Origin: Proteus phage PmP19
Length of the DNA: 40,000 nucleotides
Sequence record: MT680615.1
Direction: 5' to 3' (one strand)
Shown here: positions 26,177-34,252 of the stretch, piece after piece
Position numbering within the stretch: the first letter of the stretch is position 1
Layout of the letters: every line of letters starts with the position of its first letter
Notes under the pieces: generated by a model
Databases searched by the model: none
What the model was told of the DNA's origin: nothing
Seen by the model: only the letters and a program-made list of their open reading frames with translations
Position numbers and translations under genes: made by a program

Positions 26177-26982
26177 TAGTATTCCGCTCCTTCATCCATA
26201 TCCGGGGCTGGCACGTTGTCAGCAGGCGGCACATCCTGGGCTGGCACAGTGGCACCAGTGTCCAGCGGCTTCTTGTCATCCGGCTTGGCGTCTTTGTCTG
26301 CCGGGGCTTTCCATTTCGGGTCAGATTCGCGGGCAGCGGCAATGATAGCTTCGACGTGCGAGCCAGGCACCGACAGGTTCTTAGCACCATGCTTGTGCTC
26401 AGACATGAAATACTGGCGAACCAGGTGTGCCGGGATTGCATCCAGGACTTCCTTGGTGATGTCATTGAACTTGACATGACCAATAGTCTTAATGCCTTCC
26501 TCTTCGGCAGCAGAGAGGACCAGCTTAGCCAGTTTACCAGTGCAACCAGCGAAGCCTTTGCTTGCCCAGTTTACATACAACGGGAGGCCGTCTTCACCTT
26601 TATCGTCAGAGCCTTTCATGTTGGCGATGAACGGAACACCGATGCACTCATCGAAGCCACTGAGTTCCTCTTTCGGGTCCAGTGCGTTCATGAGTACAGT
26701 CAGCTCAGCCTTGTCGCCAGACTTGAGGCCGACAGCACGCCAGGCTTCCATACGGGAGCCATCTTCGTTCAGGTCGTCATCGCCCATAAGGATGGCCTGG
26801 AGCAGAACGTAGTTGACAGGCTTCTTCTCTTCACGAGTGGAGCCTTTAACAAAGACATCCTGATAACTGCCGACGTGAATAACTGCGCCGAGGATGGCAT
26901 CATGAGGACCCACTTCTGGGTTCTTGAATACCTTACCGCCGCCAGTTGCTACGTCAGCACCAAAGTCAAATTCGCGAGCCAT
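26176..26982 (-). CDS. Probable single-stranded DNA-binding protein (gp2.5 analogue), 268 aa
   Basis: Acidic C-terminal tail (PAPDMDEGAEY), position in the replication cluster, own promoter; the family match itself is inference. Confidence 0.55.
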   Translation of the reverse strand: MAREFDFGADVATGGGKVFKNPEVGPHDAILGAVIHVGSYQDVFVKGSTREEKKPVNYVLLQAILMGDDDLNEDGSRMEAWRAVGLKSGDKAELTVLMNALDPKEELSGFDECIGVPFIANMKGSDDKGEDGLPLYVNWASKGFAGCTGKLAKLVLSAAEEEGIKTIGHVKFNDITKEVLDAIPAHLVRQYFMSEHKHGAKNLSVPGSHVEAIIAAARESDPKWKAPADKDAKPDDKKPLDTGATVPAQDVPPADNVPAPDMDEGAEY

Positions 26983-27007
26983 TATATCTCCTATTCATTC
27001 AGGTTAG

Positions 27008-27086
27008 TATCTGTGGTGCCACCTCGTGTCCCCAAATTAGGAGCGCTGACTGCCAGAATGTCCGGCCTACGGGTGGCACCCAGATA
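27008..27086 (-). other. Long inverted repeat in the leader of the SSB-like gene
   Basis: TATCTG(T)GGTGCCACC (27008..27023) pairs with GGTGGCACCCAGATA (27072..27086); 15 bp with one bulge. Confidence 0.75.
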
Positions 27087-27108
27087 CCCACTCAAAGAGT
27101 GAGCACCT

Positions 27109-27129
27109 GTTCTATACTCGCCAGTATTA
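27109..27129 (-). promoter_or_regulatory. Phage promoter-like motif (CTGG variant)
   Basis: TAATACTGGCGAGTATAGAAC. Confidence 0.85.
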
Positions 27130-27339
27130 CCCGGCGATTACCGAGAAGAAGATGAAAGATGCTGTGTTAAATATCGTAAGTGCCAGTATAGCCCATGCCA
27201 TTACCTTATTGTTACGGGTGACAATCACCTTGCCATTAAACAGAAGTTGCGTGGTTTCTTTCACCCGGAAAGCACGGATAGTCCAACTCCAGGTCAGGAC
27301 GATAAAGATCAAGTTCAGGATTAAGTAGTCGAAATCCAC
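27127..27339 (-). CDS. Small membrane protein, 70 aa
   Basis: Two hydrophobic stretches (YLILNLIFIVLTWSWTI and VMAWAILALTIFNTASFIFFSVIAG). Confidence 0.6.
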   Translation of the reverse strand: MDFDYLILNLIFIVLTWSWTIRAFRVKETTQLLFNGKVIVTRNNKVMAWAILALTIFNTASFIFFSVIAG

Positions 27340-27341
27340 GA

Positions 27342-27719
27342 TTAACCCACCAGTTTATCGAGTTCAGAGGAGAGTGCAGCGCGGCGAGACTTGAGGTCAT
27401 CCGCGATTGCCTGGGAGACTACAGCGATGCTTGCCTTAGCCACAGTGAAACGGGAAACTTCTGCGGCGGCCAGATCATCGAACTTCTTATACAGAGCATC
27501 CAACTCTGCGGCCTTTTGCTCACCGATGGCAGCAGCTGCCTTGTAGTGCTCCTGGTGCAGCTTGGTCATGTTCTCGCTGCGCTTCTCTTCGGCTTTTGCC
27601 AGGTCGATCTCGGTACGGAACAGCTCAGCTTCCAGCTTAGAGATAAGCTTCTTGCGAATAGAAGTGCCCACCTTGCGGAAGAACTGAGATACAGAAACAT
27701 AGGTATTGATTAAAGACAT
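27342..27719 (-). CDS. Coiled-coil-like hypothetical protein, 125 aa
   Basis: Long alpha-helical, charged and Ala-rich ORF. Confidence 0.6.
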   Translation of the reverse strand: MSLINTYVSVSQFFRKVGTSIRKKLISKLEAELFRTEIDLAKAEEKRSENMTKLHQEHYKAAAAIGEQKAAELDALYKKFDDLAAAEVSRFTVAKASIAVVSQAIADDLKSRRAALSSELDKLVG

Positions 27720-27748
27720 TTATTAGATCTCCAGGTTAAGTTTGTATT

Positions 27749-27769
27749 CTTCTATACTCGCCACTATTA
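27749..27769 (-). promoter_or_regulatory. Phage promoter-like motif
   Basis: TAATAGTGGCGAGTATAGAAG. Confidence 0.87.
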
Positions 27770-27770
27770 A

Positions 27771-28304
27771 TTACATGGCTTGAAAGGTTGCCCACTTCTT
27801 ACGCATACGCTCTTTGCGATCTTCCGGGATATTATCCATGAAGACAAGCTCAGAAACTTTAGGCTCATCTCCGCCATGCTCCCAGCGAATACCCTTACCA
27901 TCGAACCACACCAGATTCATGTTGCAATCGTGGTGCAACACATGGGTACGCATGTCGGGGTGTCTGGATACCAGGATGTCTAACTGGCAATTATTCATAG
28001 ACACCTTCATGCAACCAAGGAAGTTAGCTTGGAAAGAGCGTGGGTCAACCACTTCACCTAAGTTAAGCCCATAAGACTGATACACTTTGGTGTTAAAGCC
28101 AAGGTGACCGAATTTCACAGATAGTGGTTTCAGATAGTGGAAGGTTTCAACTTCACACATACCGTGCCCTGTGAGCACCAGGTCATAATCCTTTGGCTCC
28201 TTGCCATACAGTGCATCCACAACAGCACCACCAGCAATGAAGAACCCTTCTCCTGCAACACCTTTAACAAGACTGTGAATAGCTACAAGTTGTTTGATAG
28301 ACAT
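27771..28304 (-). CDS. Pol-beta/poly(A)-polymerase-head-like nucleotidyltransferase, 177 aa
   Basis: FFIAGGAVVDALYGKEPKDYDLVL (GG...DxD) plus a possible third acidic residue in NCQLDILVSR. Confidence 0.7.
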   Translation of the reverse strand: MSIKQLVAIHSLVKGVAGEGFFIAGGAVVDALYGKEPKDYDLVLTGHGMCEVETFHYLKPLSVKFGHLGFNTKVYQSYGLNLGEVVDPRSFQANFLGCMKVSMNNCQLDILVSRHPDMRTHVLHHDCNMNLVWFDGKGIRWEHGGDEPKVSELVFMDNIPEDRKERMRKKWATFQAM

Positions 28305-28318
28305 AATAACCTCATTGA

Positions 28319-28357
28319 TTTACGGGTATACAATTGAGGGCCAATCAATGACCCTCT
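28319..28357 (-). other. Promoter-proximal leader hairpin
   Basis: Minus strand GAGGGTCA-TTGAT-TGGCCCTC, then AATTGTATACCCGTAAAT; same tail as the 21969..22045 leader. Confidence 0.75.
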
Positions 28358-28378
28358 GTTCTATACTCGCCAGTATTA
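28358..28378 (-). promoter_or_regulatory. Phage promoter-like motif (CTGG variant)
   Basis: TAATACTGGCGAGTATAGAAC. Confidence 0.85.
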
Positions 28379-30922
28379 GTGCGTTTCCGCCCAGGATTGA
28401 CCAATCTTATACTCGCCTGCCATAGGGCAACGCATCTTAAGATACTGCCCCGCCCAGGTCATCGCATCGGCAATGATTTGCCCTGCACGATGGTACTTAC
28501 GGCGGCACTTAATATGGTCATCCTCCACGGATACAAGTGCTGCTGCGGACCACATTCGTCCATCCGCATCGATATGGATTCGCTTCTCCTCTGGGTCGAA
28601 TGCTGCTTTGATTGCAGCCTTCTCAGTATCGAAGCCTTCCCTGGTGAACGGGATATCATAATCAAGCACGAGGACCTCATCCTCTGGAACCTCCATCTGA
28701 ATCTCATCGTGCACATTAGCCACACCTGCTGGGTGACCATCTGCATCCAATGCTACACCCTCTCGGCGCATCACAGCAAAGGCTTTGACCGCTGCATACT
28801 TCATACACAACGAGCCAGTCATTTGAAGCAGAACGTTCAGCATGGTATGCTCCTTGAGCACCCCGCCTTTGGAACGAATACGACCCCAATGCCCATCAGG
28901 GGCCTGTAGGTAGCCGTAGTTATTACCTGCTGCTATGACTGACTCGCGCAGACGTGCCAGCGATGGCAACTCAATCTCGAAGCGTGCAACAACCTCACGC
29001 ATGACCTTCTCGGTGACACCACAGACCGCTGCCAGGTTGGCTATACCAGAGCCATACAGGAAGGCATAGATAAAGGTCTTAGCCATGTCACGCTTAGGCA
29101 GGCCAGCCTTTAGCTGGTTGTGGGTGTGGATATCACCGTGCAGAACAATCTCTTGGTACTCTGGGTCATTCATGAAATGACTGAGTACGCGAAGCTCTAG
29201 CCCTGCACCATCACAGCCCAGGATGAGCTTACCTTTGCCTGCGATAAATAGGTCACGCAGAGGGAAAAGACCACGAGCGGGGATATTAACAACATTACGG
29301 TGGCGCATGCGAAAAGTAGAGGTCCCAATACTGATAGCCACTGCTGGAACTCGCCACTCAGAGTCATCCTTATCAGACGTAGGCCAGTACCCATACCTCT
29401 CATAGTAGGTCTGCGCACTTATGCCAAGCTCTCTTGAGAACGCCGCTGGCACAAGGCCACGACACTTTCTCTTACCAGCCTGCGAGGGCCAGATTCCCTT
29501 TTCCTTGAAGGCTTCAACGTCACCACGGTTGAGGATCTGACCGCGACGGGATACGAGTATGTACCATCGCGCGATACCCAGGCACCAATCAGGGACTGTT
29601 TTACCATCACGTGCGGCTGCTTCCTGCCATACCTTAATGGACTTTTCATTGATCTTACCACTCCAGGGTTTGGGTAGTTCGTTGTGCTCATCAATATAAG
29701 CTTGGTCGGTGTCATTGAACTCCACACCTCGCCACCCATATTGATAGATGATTTCCTTTACAGTATCCCTGTTACCTAGAGGGATGTCCTCAAAGGTGAC
29801 TGGCGTGTAAGGGCCAATATGCTTGATGCTGGGCGTATCATTTCTATTCCCTCGGATATGTGGGTAATCTTTCTTGACAGCAGCAGACCAATCGCCAGAC
29901 TTAGTGGTGACGGACCAGACAGTCTTCCTATCACTCCTACGTTCGGAGTACAAGAAGGCCGTGTCACCAAGACGTATGGGGATTCCATTTGACCTCGCCC
30001 ACTCATTAGCCGCAGCAACATACTCGTTCTTCTCCTCTTGCTTAAAAGGTTTGGACTTGATTCGCATCGGCATGTGCGGGCGGAACCCAGCATCGGTGGC
30101 ATCAATCTCCTTATCCAGGATGGCGCAGCGCTCGATTGCCTTGTCGATATCCAGGCGGAACCCACGCTCAGCCTGCCTGGTCATTTCCAGGGCGACTATA
30201 GACTCCATGTGGAAGGCCGTCTCGATACCCAGCTTGGTCCTTGGGTTAAGACCACGCGCCTTGTGCTCCTTCCATTCACCATTAAACAACCAGAGGAACA
30301 TGTCACGACCGATTGCAACGTCTTCCCTTACACGGTGTACCATGTGGTCAGTCAGCTTGCTCCAGTCTTCGTTCTCTGGCTTATAGCGACCGATACGGAT
30401 ACCGTGTGCCTCTATGGAGTGAGGGCCTACATTGCCCAAGCCTTTGGCGTAGGCCTGCGGTGGTAGTCTGCGGTCTGGGTTGAGAAGCCGGGACATCACC
30501 AAGGTATCCATCACCTTAACCGGGCAAAGGTCAGAGCGATACGCCGACTTGCCACGCTTCTCTGTGTGGTTGTACCCCTTGAAGATGGCAGGGAATGCCT
30601 TCTCCATTAAGAGGCCATCGTAGCCCAACCAGTTTTGCGAGATGATAGCATCTGCATACCGAAGGAAATTCACGCCATCTTCGAGACTACCATCTTGATG
30701 CCCCTCCCACTCCACCAGGCGCTCCCTGGCTTCTGGGTCCCTATCCTCATACGCATTGAAGAATAGGAACTCCTCTGTGGTGATAAGGTCCATGCAGCAA
30801 ATAATGTGCACATCATGGTTGCCTTTGTCATACCGGATTGCATCAAGTAAACCCTTGGCCTCCGCATCCATAACCAGGAGACGACCTTTGCCTGCTTTCT
30901 TCCAATCAATTGTCATAATCAT
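28376..30922 (-). CDS. Family A DNA polymerase (T7 gp5-like), about 848 aa
   Basis: Exo motif LLVMDAEAKGLL; pol motif A ILGCDGAGLELRVLSHFM; motif C GVANVHDEIQMEVP. The track start at 31060 has an implausible N-terminus. Confidence 0.93.
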   Translation of the reverse strand: MIMTIDWKKAGKGRLLVMDAEAKGLLDAIRYDKGNHDVHIICCMDLITTEEFLFFNAYEDRDPEARERLVEWEGHQDGSLEDGVNFLRYADAIISQNWLGYDGLLMEKAFPAIFKGYNHTEKRGKSAYRSDLCPVKVMDTLVMSRLLNPDRRLPPQAYAKGLGNVGPHSIEAHGIRIGRYKPENEDWSKLTDHMVHRVREDVAIGRDMFLWLFNGEWKEHKARGLNPRTKLGIETAFHMESIVALEMTRQAERGFRLDIDKAIERCAILDKEIDATDAGFRPHMPMRIKSKPFKQEEKNEYVAAANEWARSNGIPIRLGDTAFLYSERRSDRKTVWSVTTKSGDWSAAVKKDYPHIRGNRNDTPSIKHIGPYTPVTFEDIPLGNRDTVKEIIYQYGWRGVEFNDTDQAYIDEHNELPKPWSGKINEKSIKVWQEAAARDGKTVPDWCLGIARWYILVSRRGQILNRGDVEAFKEKGIWPSQAGKRKCRGLVPAAFSRELGISAQTYYERYGYWPTSDKDDSEWRVPAVAISIGTSTFRMRHRNVVNIPARGLFPLRDLFIAGKGKLILGCDGAGLELRVLSHFMNDPEYQEIVLHGDIHTHNQLKAGLPKRDMAKTFIYAFLYGSGIANLAAVCGVTEKVMREVVARFEIELPSLARLRESVIAAGNNYGYLQAPDGHWGRIRSKGGVLKEHTMLNVLLQMTGSLCMKYAAVKAFAVMRREGVALDADGHPAGVANVHDEIQMEVPEDEVLVLDYDIPFTREGFDTEKAAIKAAFDPEEKRIHIDADGRMWSAAALVSVEDDHIKCRRKYHRAGQIIADAMTWAGQYLKMRCPMAGEYKIGQSWAETH

Positions 30923-31001
30923 CGAACTCCTCGTTGAACGGGCGCTTCTTGCCTTGGAAGCGGTCATAATAATCCCAATCTGAATCCCATTCGATACGCA
31001 T
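30906..31001 (-). CDS. Tiny acidic/aromatic ORF, 31 aa, overlapping the DNA polymerase start
   Basis: Hand translation MRIEWDSDWDYYDRFQGKKRPFNEEFDDYDN with GAGGA upstream; stop overlaps polymerase 5' end. Confidence 0.4.
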   Translation of the reverse strand: MRIEWDSDWDYYDRFQGKKRPFNEEFDDYDN

Positions 31002-31036
31002 AATATTATCCTCATACAGTTAATATGATAATAGGC

Positions 31037-31054
31037 TGTCCAACACGTTGGACA
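31037..31054. repeat. Dyad repeat copy 2: TGTCCAACACGTTGGACA
   Basis: Intergenic copy, opposite centre orientation (AC). Confidence 0.85.
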
Positions 31055-31066
31055 ACCCATGACTTA

Positions 31067-31273
31067 TTAGCTGCCCTTACCAATAACTACAAGGTCACCT
31101 CGACGGTAACCATTTAAGCCACTACTGGCATCATCAATGACCTGCGCCTGCGTCAGGCTGTTCTCTTTGGCGACCTTGCGGGTCAGCTCAGCAAACAACA
31201 TGGCCTGCCGGGTGACATGACCCTGGGCCATCTCATTGCCTTCGATGTGCCGGAGGGATACCTTGTTAGACAT
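31067..31273 (-). CDS. Hypothetical protein, 68 aa
   Basis: Start MSNKVSLRHIEGNEMAQGHVTRQ gives minimal overlap with the upstream ORF. Confidence 0.5.
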   Translation of the reverse strand: MSNKVSLRHIEGNEMAQGHVTRQAMLFAELTRKVAKENSLTQAQVIDDASSGLNGYRRGDLVVIGKGS

Positions 31274-31493
31274 GGAACACCCCCACGATACGTCCGCGAT
31301 TTTCTTTTGAATACCACCAGCTAATCTTGCGCTTACTGGAATACTCCCGGAACGACACACGCTTAAGCCACTTCACACCGAAACTAGCCATCAGCTTGGC
31401 GTCACTCAATGATTCAGCAATGGTGCCGCCGTAAGGCGTGATGAGGTGATACCGGAGCTTTCCGTTACGGAGTTTTACGATGTAACCTTTCAT
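31266..31493 (-). CDS. Hypothetical protein, 75 aa
   Basis: ORF overlapping neighbours at both ends by a few nt. Confidence 0.55.
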   Translation of the reverse strand: MKGYIVKLRNGKLRYHLITPYGGTIAESLSDAKLMASFGVKWLKRVSFREYSSKRKISWWYSKENRGRIVGVFHV

Positions 31494-32185
31494 TCTACGT
31501 ACACCTCTTCTGTGACGATGGGGTTATATTGGATGGTTCGTCGGTCGGGGTTAATAACGAAACCCTTGAGATCGCGCAGTTTATAAAGAAGTTCACTCTC
31601 AAAGTTCTTATTGAACTGGTGAGGTGTGCGAACCTCTCTGCCTTCGTGAAAAGTGTGGTCAACATCCTGGTAAGAAATGGCCTGCCCTGGGTTGCACATA
31701 GCTTGCCCTATGATACTAAGGGCAATACCTGTAGTGCGACCAGTGGCTCGTGTGTTGAACTCAGCAACCCCACGTGCCGGGCCAAGCTCTTTGACCATCT
31801 CACTTTGGGTCTTACCCGTAATGACATTGACGCGCTCGCGGCGAAGAACCTTGCGCTTACCTGGGCGCTGCAACCCAGAGATGTCACAAATTGCACGCAG
31901 CATAGTGTTGCGGATTTCTGGCGTCATCATAGATACATCGCGGTAAGCAGTACCATAGTCCAGCTTGCTGGGTGGCTGCTCATCAATGATGCGCTCCAGG
32001 AAGTTGTGGGCATTGCATTGCATGTAACCCTGCACTTCTCCATTAGACCACTCTACCTCATAGGTTGGCTTGCTGAGGTATTTGTTGTTACCAAAGTCAA
32101 CCACAACACCAACCCAACCCTTGCGGCTAGACCTTACGTTGATATTACGAACACGGTCACCAACATACAATTTTAATACAGTCAT
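31490..32185 (-). CDS. Hypothetical protein, 231 aa: SH3/KOW-like N-terminus and GRTTG-containing C-terminus
   Basis: GDRVRNINVRSSRKGWVGVVVDFGNNKYL...; TRATGRTTGIALSIIGQAMCNPGQAISYQD. Confidence 0.6.
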   Translation of the reverse strand: MTVLKLYVGDRVRNINVRSSRKGWVGVVVDFGNNKYLSKPTYEVEWSNGEVQGYMQCNAHNFLERIIDEQPPSKLDYGTAYRDVSMMTPEIRNTMLRAICDISGLQRPGKRKVLRRERVNVITGKTQSEMVKELGPARGVAEFNTRATGRTTGIALSIIGQAMCNPGQAISYQDVDHTFHEGREVRTPHQFNKNFESELLYKLRDLKGFVINPDRRTIQYNPIVTEEVYVE

Positions 32186-32216
32186 GTTAACCTCAATTCA
32201 TTAAGTAAGTTAGGCT

Positions 32217-32234
32217 TGTCCAACGTGTTGGACA
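32217..32234. repeat. Dyad repeat copy 3: TGTCCAACGTGTTGGACA
   Basis: Intergenic copy; extends to TTGTCCAACGTGTTGGACAA. Confidence 0.88.
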
Positions 32235-32248
32235 AACCCTGTTAGACA

Positions 32249-34252
32249 TCAGAACTCCGACTCTTCGTCTGGTGTCTCTTCTATACCCGCCACTATTGGT
32301 TCAGGCACAGTGCTGCCTTGATATGCTCCAGTATCAAAGCTTCCGCTGCCTCCATCCAGCTTTCTTGCTTCCTTGAGGGGCAGCAGGCGGCCAGTGGAGA
32401 GGTCACCTTTAAGGCATACCTTAGTTCCAGTAAAGATGCCCTGGTCTCGGTCTTTAACACAGCTAATAAACGTTGTTGTTCTCTCATCAAGAGACTCAGC
32501 TCGCGTGTTGCGCTCGATTCCAAGGGCATAGCTCGCCCAGAACCCGATAGCCCCGGACCCCCTAAAATCAGATAGAATGACATCTCCGCCTTCCTCATGC
32601 TGCTTGCGTTGTCCTCCAGGTCGCGTAAGGTGCGATACCAGGAACAAGGTAATAGGGCATCTATCTTTGATATTTCCAAGCCGCTTAACACACTCATCAA
32701 GTGCGCCCACTTTACCGCCGAATTGTCTTTCATCTAATTTAATCCCCGTTAGGTTATCAATTACGATGTTGCGGATACCCATTGCTTCAAACTCCAGGCA
32801 GGTCTGCTCAACCTTCTCCATAGAGTAATCACCTTCGAGGTCGGCCACGAACAGCTTACCTGTGTCGGACACATAGTCGATGGCCTCATCTGCCATTTCA
32901 TCCGTGTAGTCCAACACCTCACGGTAGCCTGATTCTCGTGGGTCGTTGGTGGGTGGCAGCTCAATGCGCTTGTCAATCCACTTGCCGATAAAGGCACGAG
33001 AAACCTTAATGGTCGGGTCTTCTGTGGAGATAACCCCAACAGACTCGCCGTGTACCTCGATGAGATGCTTAACAACCTCTCGGAGGAACTCTGTCTTACC
33101 TACGCCGGACCCGGCACCGATGATGAATAGCTGGTTCTTTCGGATACCCAGGGTAATCTTGTTGAGTTCAGGCCAGGGCCATGAGAGGCCTGGTTCCGGG
33201 CGGGCAGCCTTAAGCTTATCTTTCATCGAAGAGATGGACTTAATCTGACTGCCAAAGACCTCCTCAGCAGACTTGGCATTGAACCAGGAGTCCACAAACT
33301 CCTTGGCCTTACCTGCCATCAGTGCCTTGTTGGCATCCTTACAACCTGCCGGATACTCAAGGATAAAGGACTTGCCTGGGAACAAGCGGGCTGCCTGCTG
33401 GTTCAGCTTCATGCCAACTTCATCACCATCGAAGCCCCAGATGATTTGCTTAAACTGAGAGATGTGCTCACGGTTGGCAACGATCTCCTGGAGGCAGGCT
33501 TCACCCTTGTTGATTGACCAGACGTGATAAGGCTTGCCCTCATACTGCGTACCCCTTGCGGAGTCCAGAAGCATCTGCTGTGCCGCCAGGGCATCCAGCT
33601 CGCCGCCTACGATGAGAAGCTTGTCCTTGCGTCTGCCTTTGTCCAACACGTTGGACAAGGTGTTCATGCCGAACAAATCCTGGTCGCCGAACAGCTTACC
33701 AAGGTGTCCGAACTTAAAGTCCTTAGGTAAGGTGCGGCACTTGGCACCTACTAGGCGTCCCTGTTCAAACCGTGGGTAATAGTGTCGATTGACTGCTCCA
33801 TCTTCATCATGGCCGACACGAACATCATAGATGGCACAGATCTCACCTCGGATATGTCGGGATACGAGGTTCTTCCGCTTAAGGGTTTGGAACCACTCGA
33901 CATCGAGGTCCCACTCTTCCTGGATGGCTGCACGTTCTTCATCGTTCATCACCTCATAGCGGTCTGCCATTCGCATAGCACCCAAGGCTATCGCACGGTC
34001 TGCCGCGTTGGTTATCTTACCTTGCTTAACAAGGTCATTGAATTGCTTAACAGTCCACTTGGTGGAGCTAAGCGGCATATCAAGTAAGCTTACCCCTTCG
34101 CCTGGGGCTTCATAGTAGGGCTTGCCAGATGTGTGGAAGTGACCACGGCTGCAATACTTGCCACCATCCTCAAAATGGATAAGGTGGTTCTGTGTATTGT
34201 CATGCCCGTTCTTCATGCACTCCGGGCAACCTGAGTTGTTGATAATAGCCAT
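32249..34252 (-). CDS. DNA primase/helicase (T7 gp4-like), 667 aa
   Basis: N-terminal zinc motif CPECMKNGHDNTQNHLIHFEDGGKYCSRGHFH; TOPRIM LLIVGGELDALAAQ...WGFDGDEVG; Walker A GAGSGVGKTEF. Confidence 0.94.
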   Translation of the reverse strand: MAIINNSGCPECMKNGHDNTQNHLIHFEDGGKYCSRGHFHTSGKPYYEAPGEGVSLLDMPLSSTKWTVKQFNDLVKQGKITNAADRAIALGAMRMADRYEVMNDEERAAIQEEWDLDVEWFQTLKRKNLVSRHIRGEICAIYDVRVGHDEDGAVNRHYYPRFEQGRLVGAKCRTLPKDFKFGHLGKLFGDQDLFGMNTLSNVLDKGRRKDKLLIVGGELDALAAQQMLLDSARGTQYEGKPYHVWSINKGEACLQEIVANREHISQFKQIIWGFDGDEVGMKLNQQAARLFPGKSFILEYPAGCKDANKALMAGKAKEFVDSWFNAKSAEEVFGSQIKSISSMKDKLKAARPEPGLSWPWPELNKITLGIRKNQLFIIGAGSGVGKTEFLREVVKHLIEVHGESVGVISTEDPTIKVSRAFIGKWIDKRIELPPTNDPRESGYREVLDYTDEMADEAIDYVSDTGKLFVADLEGDYSMEKVEQTCLEFEAMGIRNIVIDNLTGIKLDERQFGGKVGALDECVKRLGNIKDRCPITLFLVSHLTRPGGQRKQHEEGGDVILSDFRGSGAIGFWASYALGIERNTRAESLDERTTTFISCVKDRDQGIFTGTKVCLKGDLSTGRLLPLKEARKLDGGSGSFDTGAYQGSTVPEPIVAGIEETPDEESEF
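32278..32298 (-). promoter_or_regulatory. Degenerate phage promoter-like motif inside the 3' end of the helicase gene
   Basis: CAATAGTGGCGGGTATAGAAG: two differences from the class-1 motif. Confidence 0.55.
33640..33657. repeat. Dyad repeat copy 4, inside the primase/helicase coding sequence
   Basis: TGTCCAACACGTTGGACA encodes part of NTLSNVLDKG. Confidence 0.85.

Noticed and set aside
28376-31060. 894-aa version of the DNA polymerase starting at 31060
   Set aside because: The extra N-terminal residues (MGCPTCWTAYYHINCM...) cross dyad copy 2 and look non-conserved; starts at 30922/30916 are preceded by GAGGAG and leave a normal polymerase N-terminus.
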